A stretch of DNA of 64,000 nt from Glaucostegus cemiculus. Lineage: Eukaryota. This document shows positions 50,336 to 61,990 of this stretch, in pieces. The stretch lies in contig CDPCPM010000091.1 in NCBI GenBank assembly GCA_976551045.1, positions 14,818,001 through 14,882,000 on the forward strand, written 5' to 3'. The notes beneath the pieces are model-generated. The model was given only the letters and a program-made list of their open reading frames with translations, was not told where the DNA came from and did no database searches. Position numbers and translations under genes: made by a program. Position 1 is the first letter of the stretch; every line of letters begins with the position of its first letter.

Positions 50336-51399
50336 AACACAGATATACGGCAAAACTGCAGTAATCCACAATGCAGTGGTGCAAAAATTCTGACAGTTCA
50401 GCCTCTGGCTCAAAGGAGATGTTTCTCCACGTTCCCTTGAAACTCACCGGTGCTGCAGTTCCCCTGCACCCTTTAAACTTATTGGGTTTATTGGAAAATT
50501 TATTACAGTACTGTATAACATCAGAAAAAAAGTGAATTTATGTATTGTCAACAATTGTCAATAAAGCTCAGATCTATGTACAGGAAATTATAAAACTATT
50601 TAGGAGGAAAAAAAAGTAATTTTGACATTGTGAAGCCTTGAAGCAATTTTAACCAAAAACTAATACTGGTTTAAGAAACAAAACTGCTTTGATGCGGAGC
50701 CAGGTTTTTCATTAAAATTATCAAAGAGAGGAAATTGAGCCTTTCCCTGTGTCAAGCTGCACTTGCTTGATCTAGTTCTTCACCGAGACAGCAGAGACTT
50801 TTCATTAGTCCTAGTAAATCAGTCTTGTTATTCCTGAGGGTGGGTCACTCTCATCAGGTCGTTGTGTTTCATTGACTCCACTACAAGTGGTCAGATTAAT
50901 CTCTGATAGATCTCAACATTGCTCTGTAGAGTGAGGCAACACCATTCTAAAATTAGAGGAATGAAGGGAAAAAGGAAATACGGGGCTAGGGGCAGGGAGC
51001 AGGTGAATGGGTCAAAAAAGGAAGTTCTACCAAATATCTGGACACTGCTGTTGGGCATGGAGTTCCAAGGTTAAGACGCAATGATAATTTTATATATTTC
51101 CAAATGAGGATGGTATTTGACTTTCAGTGTACAATCATACCACAATACATCTGAACTATTGCTAAATCTATTTTTTGCATGGATTTAAGTGATCAACGTT
51201 TCCCCAGGCAGAGATGTTCTTTGTTACTGGGGTCAAAGCCCATTAACAGGATCCCAGTGATGGGCTAAAGCGTAATGTGCCTAGATGGTTGTAGTTGTAA
51301 CAGTAGCAGATTAGTAATGTTTCAGTCTTAGAGCCACTGCCACCAAGAGTGTGTTTCAGAGGCTGCTCAGGGTTTGGGCCTGACATGCGTACAGCCATG

Positions 51400-52145
51400 A
51401 GGTGAATGGGCCAGGAGGAGGGCAGTTATCATTAGGTTTGGAGGGTTCTGGGGGCAGTGAACAGTAAGTGGCTGGAAAATTGGAGTGAGGTCTTCACCAA
51501 AGACCTCATTCCATCAGTGTGTCTGGAATAAGGTCAAGGTTGTTGGAAGCAAGATCATTGGGATGTTTGGGACCTCGGATCTGAGATCAGGGAGTCTGCA
51601 GTGAGTTTGGGGGTGGGTGGGTGGTGTGGAATGGCTCGGGAACCAGCTCAGTGTGTCTGGAATGAGATCAGTGGGCCAAGGGTGAGGCTGGGGGGAATTG
51701 GGAGCAAGACTTGGGGCTTGGAGTGAGGTTAGAGTGGGGTCAGAAGTGAAAGGGGATTTGGGAGCATGATCAGGGGGATAGAGGGGCAAAATCATTGGGA
51801 AAGGAGTGAGTTTGGATTCTCATGAATGACTTTCAGGGAGATTGGCAGTGAGATCGGTATCTTGGCACTGTGTTTGGTGTTTTGGGAGCAAGATTAGGAG
51901 AGTGTCTAGGGGATTAGTGTCAGGGGTGAGATTTGGAAGAGGGGAGTGGGACCGGGGAGACTCGGGTATAAGTTCTGCAGGGGTTGGATGCACACTTGGG
52001 GATGGGAGTGAGGTTGGAGGGTCAGCAGTAAAGTTGGATAATTGGGAGAGAGTGCACTGAGCTAGGAGTGAGCTTTAGATCTTGGGAATGAATAGACAGG
52101 AGTGAGAGTGAGACTGGGAGCTAAGCACCGGACGGCTGGGGGTTG
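51400..52145. repeat. G-rich, strand-skewed low-complexity region
   Basis: Many GGGAG/GAGATC/GGGG motifs; TCAGTGTGTCTGGAAT occurs twice (about 51514 and 51648). Confidence 0.55.
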
Positions 52146-53323
52146 AGCAATATTATATGATTTTTCTGAGTGTTTCCAACATTTTCTGTCTTTATTATCA
52201 CAAGGTTATGGGGAAATAATACAGTAAATCTTTATACTTACCTGATTTACAGCAGATTTGTTGTCAGAGTATAACATCCTGCAAAACAAGTCATAGAGTC
52301 ATTGAAAATGCAGGTTTGTGATCAACTAATAACTCGCTTGCTCTGGCAAAATCACTTAACCTATTTAGAATAGTTAGAATTAACATATAATTTCTGTTCC
52401 TCAGGTGAACACTGCTGATGTTTAAATCAAAACACCAATACGGAAAGCATTAATGTATGGCAATTTGTTTCAACAACCAAAGCTGAAAGAAAATGTACTT
52501 TTTAAATGTACATCAGAAAGAGGAGCAGTAAATACAGTATTATTGTCCATTATTTTTAAAAGCTGTAGCTGTGCTTTTTTTTAATTTGCTGTCCTAGTTC
52601 ACACCACCTATATATCTTTTTGTGGTGTGTAAAGACTCTTTTCAATGTGTCTAATTAAACTGCTGGAAAAGATCTACATTATCCGCCTGCCAGAACACAA
52701 AGGGTAAGACACACTACCTAGCTAATTATTTCCCAGTCTAATCCAATGAGCTGGGTGAAAAGTAGTAAAACAGAACATATTCTGTTGGTTTGTACCAGCT
52801 ATTGCTGTGTGTCAACAGGCAAAAGCAGGAATTAGACAAGACACATTAATGAACACAAACTGTTATAGATGAGCAAAACAGCTGGTTCAATCTTGCAGTT
52901 TGATTTGAATCCAGGTGAAACCTCACCTTGGCTCCAAATTAATTGTCAGATTTATGTTTCTTGACACAATTCCTTTTGAGTCCAGCTGGAAATTTATCTT
53001 GGCTCAAAATTCATTGCTAGGTTTGCATTTCCTGACACAGTGAATGATTAGCCCTTCTCTATAACCAGTGTAATGTCTGTTTGGAGTCTCATCCAGTTGT
53101 GTAGATTTGGGCTGGAAGTTTTACTATGAACCTCTGGAAATGCCATGTACAATTGGAAAATTGTTGGCTGCTGGCTGGAATTCTCCTTGACATGACAATG
53201 ACTTTAAATTATACTTGAATGCATCAATAAACTACTTTAGTTCTCAGGTTTATTTCTCACACACAATTCTTTAATTGCAAAGTTTAAAAAAAAAAGTGAA
53301 AAGTACTACCAATAGGAATATGT

Positions 53324-53610
53324 AAGATAAGATCTTTATTAGTCACATGTACATCGAAACACACAGTGAAATACATCTTTTGCGTAGTGATTTTGGGGGG
53401 CAGCCCGCAAGTGTCGCCACGCTTCCGGCACCAACATAGCATGCCCATAACTTCCTAACCTGTACGTCTTTGGAATGTGGGAGGAAACCGGAGCACCCGG
53501 AGGAAACCCACGCAGACACAGGGGGAATGTACACACTCCTTAAAGGCGGTGGCCAGATTTGAACCTGGGTCGTTGGCGCTGTAAAGCATCGTGCTAAGCA
53601 TTATGCTAAA
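53324..53610 (-). mobile_element. V-SINE type B
   Basis: Near-identical to 23677-23972. Confidence 0.92.
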
Positions 53611-53919
53611 TGTGAAAGTATATCAAGTCCTGAAGCCTAGAATTTGATGTGCCCAGCACATTATAATGTGGGGAAGAATTGCAGTCATAAAGGTCAATTA
53701 ATAGTTCTAATAAAAGGTGACTTCCTTCTAAACAAAGCCAAGATACAAGTGAAAGCAATCCTGAATGAATCCCTTAATTTGAGTGAAAAACTTAAATGGA
53801 TGTTGGGATTTCTCTTGGTATCTTCAATTGTTTTTTGTTTCTTATGTGTGGGATTCAGAATCAAGTTATATTGAGAATGGAATATGGATCATTGCTCAAG
53901 CTACAGTTGTAAAGGACAG

Positions 53920-54230
53920 AAATGACTTGCATTGACTCTCATGTCAAAATACCGCACAATCAATTAACTACTTAATGAAGTGTGGTCACTGGTGTAATGT
54001 AGGGAAATGAAAGAAATAACCATATAACAGCTTTGTTTGCATTATTGGTTAAGGGACAGATGTTGATCCAGACACCAGGAGCGCATTTCATCACAGGATC
54101 TTTTACATCTGCCTGAAAAGCCAAGTTGGCCCTTGGTTACCATCTCATCAGAATAAAGGATGCTCGGCTAGTATCCTCAACACTGCAGGGCATTGGTCTA
54201 TGAAGTGCAGAAATCTGAGCATGGAGCAAT
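53920..54230 (-). mobile_element. Deu-domain SINE remnant (SacSINE1-like)
   Basis: TGAAGTGTGGTCACTGGTGTAATGTAGG..CAGACACCAGGAG..GGATCTTTTACATCTGCCTGA..CATCTCATC..CACTGCA. Confidence 0.65.
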
Positions 54231-54470
54231 GATTAGGTCCCATACAGGAGGCTGGTCAATAAGGTAAAGCGCACAGGCTTACATATAATAAACTGACATA
54301 GATTAGGAATTGGTTGTCAGGCACAAAGCAAAGAGTGGGGAATAAAGGGACCTTTCTCAGGTCTGCAGTGGGTTACCACAGGGATTGGTGGTCGGGCCCC
54401 AGCTTTCCACAATATTTATTTGGCTGAGAGGACCAAGTGCCATATTTCAACCTTTGCTGATGGTCCACAA
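54230..54470 (+). mobile_element. CR1 RT fragment
   Basis: GATTAGGAATTGGTT..GCAAAGAGTGGG..GTTACCACAGGGATTGGTG..TTTGCTGATG. Confidence 0.7.
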
Positions 54471-55659
54471 TTTCACTTAAAAATCCTGCATTTCCACAGG
54501 GAATTGCAGACCTTTCTCCCTGCAACTGTGTAGAGTTCTGGGACACATACGTAACATCAACTTCTGCATGGCTGATGGCATCTGGCAGGGAGTCTAGTGA
54601 CGGAGCAGAAACATTTGCAGTTTCCAAGCAGTTACACTGAAAAATCAATGTGCTGGGCCTGGGCCAAGTTATACCTGTTGGAAGTTCAGTGACTATTCAG
54701 TTCAACAGAGGGGAACAGCTGCAAGGGAGAGACACAGGTTCCAACTAACTTACATTTGTTTTGCTTGGATTGAGTTAATAGAAACCAACTCATTTTTCAA
54801 GTGCTTTTAGATGTTTTTATTGAATATTCTTTTTAAAATATCTGAGGGTTTTGCTACGTTTAAATTGTATTCATCTCCAGATTCTTTTTAATGTTTGTGA
54901 ACATCAGAGGCATTCACAGTCCCTTAAGCTGTGTGACAGCTTTTTAAGGCTGTGGGCATGGTTTTTGCAGCTGTCAAAGGGTTTATGTGAAGTTAATGAT
55001 AGGTGAACACTCCACACTGCTCAGGGCTTTGCCAATTAGGGAAGAAGTTGTTCCTTTGAGGAGGATTGTGCTTGGAGACCTGAACAAGACAGGAATAGTT
55101 AAGAAGGTGGTCAACCAACCAAGTGGCAGGCAGTTTTATACACATTTCAGATGATTATTACTGACTAACTCAAAAGGATCATGGGTCTAAAGGTTTATGT
55201 GCAGTTCCCAGGGGGTAGACTCTTCAAGTTCTCCCTAAAAACAAGGGAAGTCTCTGAGGACTAGAAATGGTTCACAAAAGGAGATGAACAGTAGAACCAG
55301 AGACAACAGTCCAGTTAGTTCAACCTTGGTTGTGGGTAAACGTTTAGAAACAATAGAGGAAAGCTAGCACCAAATTGTTAAAGGTATATTGTGTTTCACT
55401 AGCCTGGTTTGAATTTTTTTTGTTAGGCTTAATTTTTGAAAGATATTTGATATAGTTCCACTCAAAAGGCTTTTTGGCAAAAATTGAGGCCTGTAGAATG
55501 AAAGGGTCAATGGAAGTATGAATAATAAGTTTATTATTAAAGGAGAAAACAAATAGTGAGTGGTAAATGGCTGTTTTTCCATGCTGGAGAAGGGCAGACA
55601 GTGGTGGGCCCCAGATGGGATCATTGAATTTTGTAACATACACTGATGACTTGGACATA

Positions 55660-56152
55660 AGGGGGCACAGGTGCACAGCTAGTACAGCCACTGCCTCGCA
55701 GTACCAGAGACTCCGATCCAATGCTAACCTCAAGCACTCTCTGTGTGGAGTTTGTACCTTCTCCCTGTGACCACATGAGTTTCCTCTGGGTGCTCCAGTT
55801 TCTTTCCATATCCCAAAGGTTAATTAGCCATTGCAAGTTGCCCCTAGTGTGTAAGTGAGTGGTAAAATCTGGGAGGAGTCTTAAAATATCTTTATTAGCC
55901 ACATGTACATCGAAACACACAGTGAAACGCATCTTTTTGTGGAGAGTGTTCTGGGGACAGCCCGCAAGTGTCGCCACGCTCCCGGCACCAACATAGCATG
56001 CCCACAACTTCCTAACCCGTATGTCTTTGGAATGTGGAAAGAAACCGGAGCATAAATGGGATTAATGTAAGATTAGTGTAAATGGGTGGTTGTTTTGATG
56101 TGGATTGGGTGAGCTGAAGGACGTGTTTCCATGCTGTATCTCTACAACTCCA
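55660..56152 (+). mobile_element. Older HE1-like SINE, interrupted
   Basis: Head and V-domain 55660-55880, tail 56052-56152; GACATA on both flanks. Confidence 0.8.
55884..56051 (-). mobile_element. 5'-truncated V-SINE type B nested in the older SINE
   Basis: ATATCTTTATTAGCCACATGTACATCGAAACACACAGTGAAA..GGAATGTGGAAAGAAACCGGAGCA. Confidence 0.9.
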
Positions 56153-56239
56153 CGACATACATATGCAGGATAAAGTTTCCAGATTTCCAGATGAGAAGGC
56201 TTGGAAGTGTGACAGGTAGTGAGAAGCGTAATAGGCTGG

Positions 56240-57071
56240 TGTTACGAAACCAGCAACAAAAGAAGCACACCAATTCATACTTCAGTGTTAAAACTACTTT
56301 ATTAATAACTACATCCAATAATACTTAAAATAAGAATAAAAAGTTAGTATATTAGTACACAATAAAATGTTGGAATCTTAAACTATAACCCCAAAACTAC
56401 TCGTCGTGCGTGTGTGGCAAGTTCCTAAACTCCAAATCCAGGAATTAGTTCTTAAAGTTCAGTTCAGTAAGCCGTAAGATGAAACACGAATAAAGGCTTC
56501 TTCACAAGCACCGTCCACTGAAGACAAAACATAGATATAGAGAGAGATTAGAGAGGAATCACAAAATCCGAATGTTCCACTCGAAACTCGAACGACACTT
56601 CAGGGCTAACTCGGTAGTGACTTTCTCACCCTGAAAACTCCTGGATCGTGACTGTCCATGCAAATACCTGTGTTCTTCTACAGGTTAGCAGCAAAGTGAA
56701 TTCCGTCACTTTGTTCCACAGTATCTGCCACTCTGAAGAGCATCCAAAATGTGGTTGTCCACGCAAACACCTGTGTCCTTCTACAGGTTACTGACAAAGT
56801 GAACTCCACTGGACTACTCCAGAAATCCATCCACGGATTTTAGTGACAAACACAGTTACTGTCCTTCTTCCATCGACAGAAACAAAACAGGCTGCCATCT
56901 CTCCTTCTTCTTTCTCTCCGTCTGTCTGTCTCTCTCTCTCTCTCTTATCTTTTTCTTTCTTGTAATGACCTCATCACGTTAGTCTTATCTTCTGTTGACG
57001 TAATATGTTGCACACACACACAATGTCCCATCTTAAAGGGATATTTGCCTATAGTAAGCTACTTCGTAACA
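56240..57071 (-). mobile_element. Solo LTR, Gypsy-like (832 bp)
   Basis: 9-bp terminal inverted repeat TGTTACGAA...TTCGTAACA; 4-bp TSD CTGG at 56236-56239 and 57072-57075; AATAAA on - at 56303-56298. Confidence 0.9.
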
Positions 57072-57914
57072 CTGGAAGTAGAAATAGATGGGCTGTCTAA
57101 GTGGGCAAATGTGGTGGTTGTAATTTAATACAGAGAAGTGTGAAATGATGCACTTTGTCAGAAAGAATAAGGAGAGACAATATACATCAAATGGGGAAAC
57201 AAGGGACAATCTGAGTACACTTGAATGCGAGTCTTTGAAAGTAGTCCTTGATAGGCCATAATGAAGACAAAGTTAGTAAAGCACACAAATGCAGCAGGTA
57301 ATCAGAAAGTCTAATAGAATATTGGCCCTTTATTTCAACGCAAATGGATTATGAAATCACTGTAACTGTGCAGAGAGTGAGTGACAATTTTAGCCCCATT
57401 ATTAAAGAAAACGTATGATTTCAATGCAGGCAGCTTAGAGAAGGTTGACATGGATGATCCTGAACATAGAGGAGCTGTCCTATGAGGAAAGATTAAATAA
57501 GTTAGGATTCTACTCAGTTTAGAGGGATGAGCAGTGACCTAATGAAATAGATCAGATTCTTAGAGGGTTGGACAAGGTAAACACTGAGAGGATAATTCGG
57601 CTCAAGGGAGACTAGAACCAGAGGGCCATGGTCTCAGGATAAGGGGGCACCCATTTAAGACTGAGATGAGGAAGATTTCTTCTCTCAGATGGTTGTAAGT
57701 CTTTAGCCTTGCCTTGGAGAGCTGTGGGGTCATAGTCCTTGAGTATATTTAAGGTTAAGAAAAATAGATTTCTTATCCGTAAGGGAATCAAGGATTATGG
57801 GGAAAGGCAGGAGAGCAGCCTGGAGGAATGCTGCATCAGCGGTGATCCTAGTGACTGACAGAGCCAGACTGAGGACCTCAGTGAGCCACTCCTGTTCCTA
57901 CTTCTCCAGGTCTT

Positions 57915-58239
57915 AAAACTGGAGGTCGTCGGACTGCGGGGCCAGAGGTCGTCGAACTGCGGGGCCGGAGGTTGTTGTTGGACTGTGGACCTGGAGGTTA
58001 TAGGACTCCGGGGGCTGGAGGTGGTCGTCGGTGCGGGGTGAGGCTGGGGGCTGGGAGATGTAATGTTGAGGTTCTGGGAGACGTGTTGTACCAGCAGACC
58101 GAAGTCCATGCGGTTCCAATGTTTTGATGTTTTTGTCCTGTTGTCTTTTATTGTCTTTAATGTCTTTTGCACATTGGCCTGTGGAGTACGATATCTCGCC
58201 TTCATGTATACATGAAAGTGACAATAAACTGATTCTGAT
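57915..58239 (+). mobile_element. Non-coding GC-rich element ending in a Rex1-type 3' tail
   Basis: 23-bp repeats GAGGTCGTCG(G/A)ACTGCGGGGCC; ends CCTGTGGAGTACGATATCTCGC..GTGACAATAAACTGATTCTGAT like the 8974 and 26156 Rex copies. Confidence 0.75.
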
Positions 58240-58679
58240 ATCCATAAATGGAGGAAAATCTGAGTTGTGTTCTACCTGTATACAGTAACTTGTCTCCAAT
58301 TCTGGTCACCTAATTTCATAAAGGATTTGAACAGAGAATAGAATTCCCATAATGTTAAAGTGAAGAAGTTGGAGTTGTCCTCCTTACATCAAAGTGAGGA
58401 GCTTTGATAAAAGTGTGCAAGATTGTGACTGGTCCAGATAAGGTAAACGGAGGGAAACTTACAGTGAAGATCAGTCAAGGTTATAGCCTTCATTTACTAA
58501 AGGGGAGAGGAGTAAATCCAGCATCTGAAGGCCACCAATTAGATGGGGAAACCAGTAGAAGAAATAACACAGGACAACATTATCCAGCTTTTGGAAACAT
58601 ACGGGGCAATAAATTCCAGTCAGCATGGATTTGTTAACAGTAAATTATATTTGACAATTACATTATTTGATTAAAAAAA

Positions 58680-61600
58680 GAAATGGTTGATATTGATGTG
58701 TATATGGCCGTTCAATAATAATTTATGCAAATGCTGCATAGTACATGTGTTACCAAATTACAGCCAATGGGATAAAAGGGACAGGGGCAGAATATAAAAT
58801 TGGCCGAGAGACAGGTAATAGGGTGCTAAACTGAGCGATTGTGCTTCAGACTGCAGAAGGTAGGGAGAGGACTTTCTCTGTGTTAGGATCTGTATCGTTT
58901 TTGATCTGTTAATGACCTGGACATTACAACATTATATGTTGTAATATTAAAGTTTTTTGATGACACTATATTTAGAAATGCAGTAAACCAATGAGAAGGT
59001 TAGCAACAGACGACTCGGGTTGAGATTCAAAATTTGAGTAAGACCAATTTTGATGGCATCAAAAGGATCTGGCAGGCATGGATTGGGACAGGCATGGTTG
59101 CTATGACAGACAAGGTGAAAGAGAATCCCAAGGGTTTTCCAGCAAAGAGATGCTTGGTGACTGGGAGGCTTTCAAAACTGAAATATCAAGAGTACAGAAT
59201 TTGCATATTCTGTAGGAATAAAAGACAAAGCTAGCAGGGAACCTTAATTATTGAGGGATATCGAGGCCCTATAAAGAGGAAGGAGGAGGTCCATATCAGG
59301 TATAGACAGTTAGGATCAAATGACGTGCTTGACGAGTGTAAGAAATGCAAGAAAACACTTAAGAGAGAAATCAAGAGGACAAAAAGAGGACATGAGGTTG
59401 CTCTGACATACAGGGTGAAAGAGAATCCCAGGAGTTTCTATAGCTACATTAAGAGCAAAAGGGTAGCAAGAGACAAAATTGGTTCTCCTTGCAGATCGTC
59501 ATGGTAATCTATACATGAAGCTGAAAGAGATGGGGGAGATTGTAAGTGAATTTTTTGCATCTGTATTTACTCTGGAGACACACCGAAAGGCAAAAGAGCA
59601 GTGAGGTCATGGACCGTATCTGTAGTACAGAAGAGGGGGTGCTGGCTGTCTTGAGGCAAATGAAGGTGGATAAATCTCCAGGGCCTGACAAGGTGTCCCC
59701 TCGAACCTTGTAGGAGGCTAGTGCAGATATTACAGGGGTTCTGGAAGAGATATTTAAAATGTCTTTAGCCACGAGTGAGTTGCCAGAGGACTAGAGGATA
59801 GCTAATGTTATTCTGTTGTTCAAGAAAGGCTCTAAGAATAAGCCGAGAAGTTACAGGCTGGTGAGCCTGATGTCAGTCATGGGTAAATTGTTGGAAGGGA
59901 CAGGATGTACGAGTACTTAGATAGTCAAGGCCTGATTAGAGATAGTCAACATAGCTTTGTGCATGGTGGTCATCTCTAATCAATCTTATAGAGATCTTTC
60001 GAGGAGGTTACCAAGAAGGTTGCTGAGGGAAAGGCAGTGGACGTTGTCTACATGGACTTTAGCAAGGCCTTTGATAAAGTCCCACATGGGAGGGTTGTCC
60101 AGAAGGTTAAGCCACTTGGCATTCAGGATGAAGTAGCCATTTGGATTCAACATTGGCTTCAGGGGAGAAGCCAGAGAGTGGTAGTAGATGGTTGTCTCTC
60201 TGACTGGAGGCCTGTGACTAGTGGTGCGCTGTGGGCATTAGTGTTGGGTCTGTTGTTGTTTATCATCTACATTAATGATTTAGATGATATTGCAGTAAAT
60301 TGGATCAGCAAATTTGTGGCTGACTCCAAGACTAGAGGTATAGTGAACAGTAAGAAAGACTATCAAAGTTTGCAGCGTGAGCTTGACCAGCGAGGAAAAT
60401 GGGTTGAAAAATAGTTGACGGACTTTAATGTAGACAATTGTGAACTGTTGCACTTTGGGGGCATAAGCCAGGGTAAGACTTGCATGGTGAATGGTAGGAC
60501 ACTGAGGTGTGTGGTAGAAAAAAGGGACCTGGGAATAGTTCCTTGAAAGTGGCGTCACAGGTAGATGGGGTCATAAAAAGAGCTTTTGGCACTTTGGCCT
60601 TCATAAATCAGGGCACTGAGTACAGGAGTTGAGATGTTATTTTGAAATTGTACCAAGACGTTGGTGAAGCTGAATTTAGAGTATTGTGTGCAGTTCTGGT
60701 CACCTATCTACAGGAAAGGTACCAATCAGTTTGAAATCGTGCCAAGAAAATTTACCAGGATGTTGCCAGGACTTGAGCACATGGGTTATAGGGAAAGGAT
60801 GAATAGGTTAGAACTGTATTCCCTGGAGTGCAGGAGACTGAGGGGAGATGTTATATACAGAATGATGAGGGGTATGGATAGGGTGAGTGCACGCAAGCTT
60901 TCTCCCCCCTGGGGTTGGGTGAGACTAGAACTAGAGGACAGAGGTTTAGGGTGAAGGGTGAAATATTTAAGGGGAATCTGAGGGGGAACTTCTTCACTCA
61001 GAGGGTGGTGTGAGTGTGGAGCGAGCTGCCAGCGGGAGTGATAGATGGGTTGTTCAATTGTAACATTTAGGAGAAGCTTGGCTAGATACATGGGTGGGTG
61101 GGGTTTGGAGGGATATGGTCCGGGTATAGGTAGGTGGGACTCAGCAGAAGATCAGGTTGTCATGGACTAGATGGCCCAAAAGGCCTGTTTCTGTGCTGTG
61201 GTGCTCTGACTCTCTGACTAGGAGGATATAGGCAGACTGAAGAAGAGAGAAGACTCAAGGCAGGTGAAATTCAGCACTGGAGTTTAAAGAGATGCATTTT
61301 GGTCAGAAACGTGAAGAGGGACAATATGAACATAAGAAAGAGAAGAAGGAAAAGGCAATTTGGCCTCTTGGGCCTGTTCAGTAAAATCATTGCTGATCTT
61401 TTACCTCAGCATGATGCTATATGGTCCAATTTTAAAGGGGAACAGGAAGGGAGGAACCTGGCGTTGTTTATTCACAAAGTCTTGAACATGTCAGGATGAC
61501 TTACAACATTGCTTACAAGGTAACTGTGCTATTATCAGCAGCGTAGAAGTAAAAGCAAGGAAGCTACACTGAGCATTTATGAAAAGTTGCTGTAATTTGT

Positions 61601-61990
61601 TCAAATCTGAGCATCTCAAATCAGGGAGCACGCTGAAGCCTTAGAGATGTTGCCAGAAGGAGGCCACGGGGAGGTAGTGAAGCAGCTGGGAGTGTTCTTC
61701 ATGGGAATAGAGACTGTCAAGGGGGGGGGGGGTTGATACAGGTGTCCAAAATCATTGGATAAAATGAGGAGAAATTGATTGCAGTGGTGAGCGGGTTGGC
61801 AATTTGAACTTGAAACTTTTGTTTCACAGAGTGAATTGGAATTCACCATCTGAAAGAGCATTGTAGCAGATTAATAAAATGCAAAAGTGTATTGGATTAA
61901 AGAGAACATAGTTTTACCAGGCTGTAGGTAAAAAGTAGTGTCATGGAAATGGCCCAGGGCTGAATTGCCTCCTTCTGTACTGTGTCATCT
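58680..61990 (+). mobile_element. Older CR1 that hosts the 59016 insertion (pieces 58680-59015 and 61221-61990)
   Basis: TTAATGACCTGGAC..AAGTTTTTTGATGACAC..GCAACAGAC continues as AGGAGGATATAGGCAGACTG after the insertion; tail GGGCTGAATTGCCTCCTTCTGT. Confidence 0.6.
59016..61220 (+). mobile_element. CR1 LINE, about 2.2 kb (RT and C-terminus), degenerate
   Basis: KSPGPD, DVVYMDFSKAFDKVPH..WLQGRSQRVVVDG..FIIYINDLD..ISKFVADSK, LEYCVQFWSP; (CTGACT)n tail. Confidence 0.95.

Larger units (their letters stand above)
55340..57912 (+). mobile_element. Old CR1 RT-to-3' end split by SINEs and a solo LTR
   Basis: Collinear pieces 55340-55659, 56153-56239 (KFADDTKLG-like) and 57072-57912 (ATGAGGAAAGATTAAATAAGTTAGG..CTCCTGTTCCTA). 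Confidence 0.75.

Noticed and set aside
57795-58299. Minus-strand ORFs of 128-136 aa
   Set aside because: They arise from GC-rich repeats and span unrelated element boundaries.
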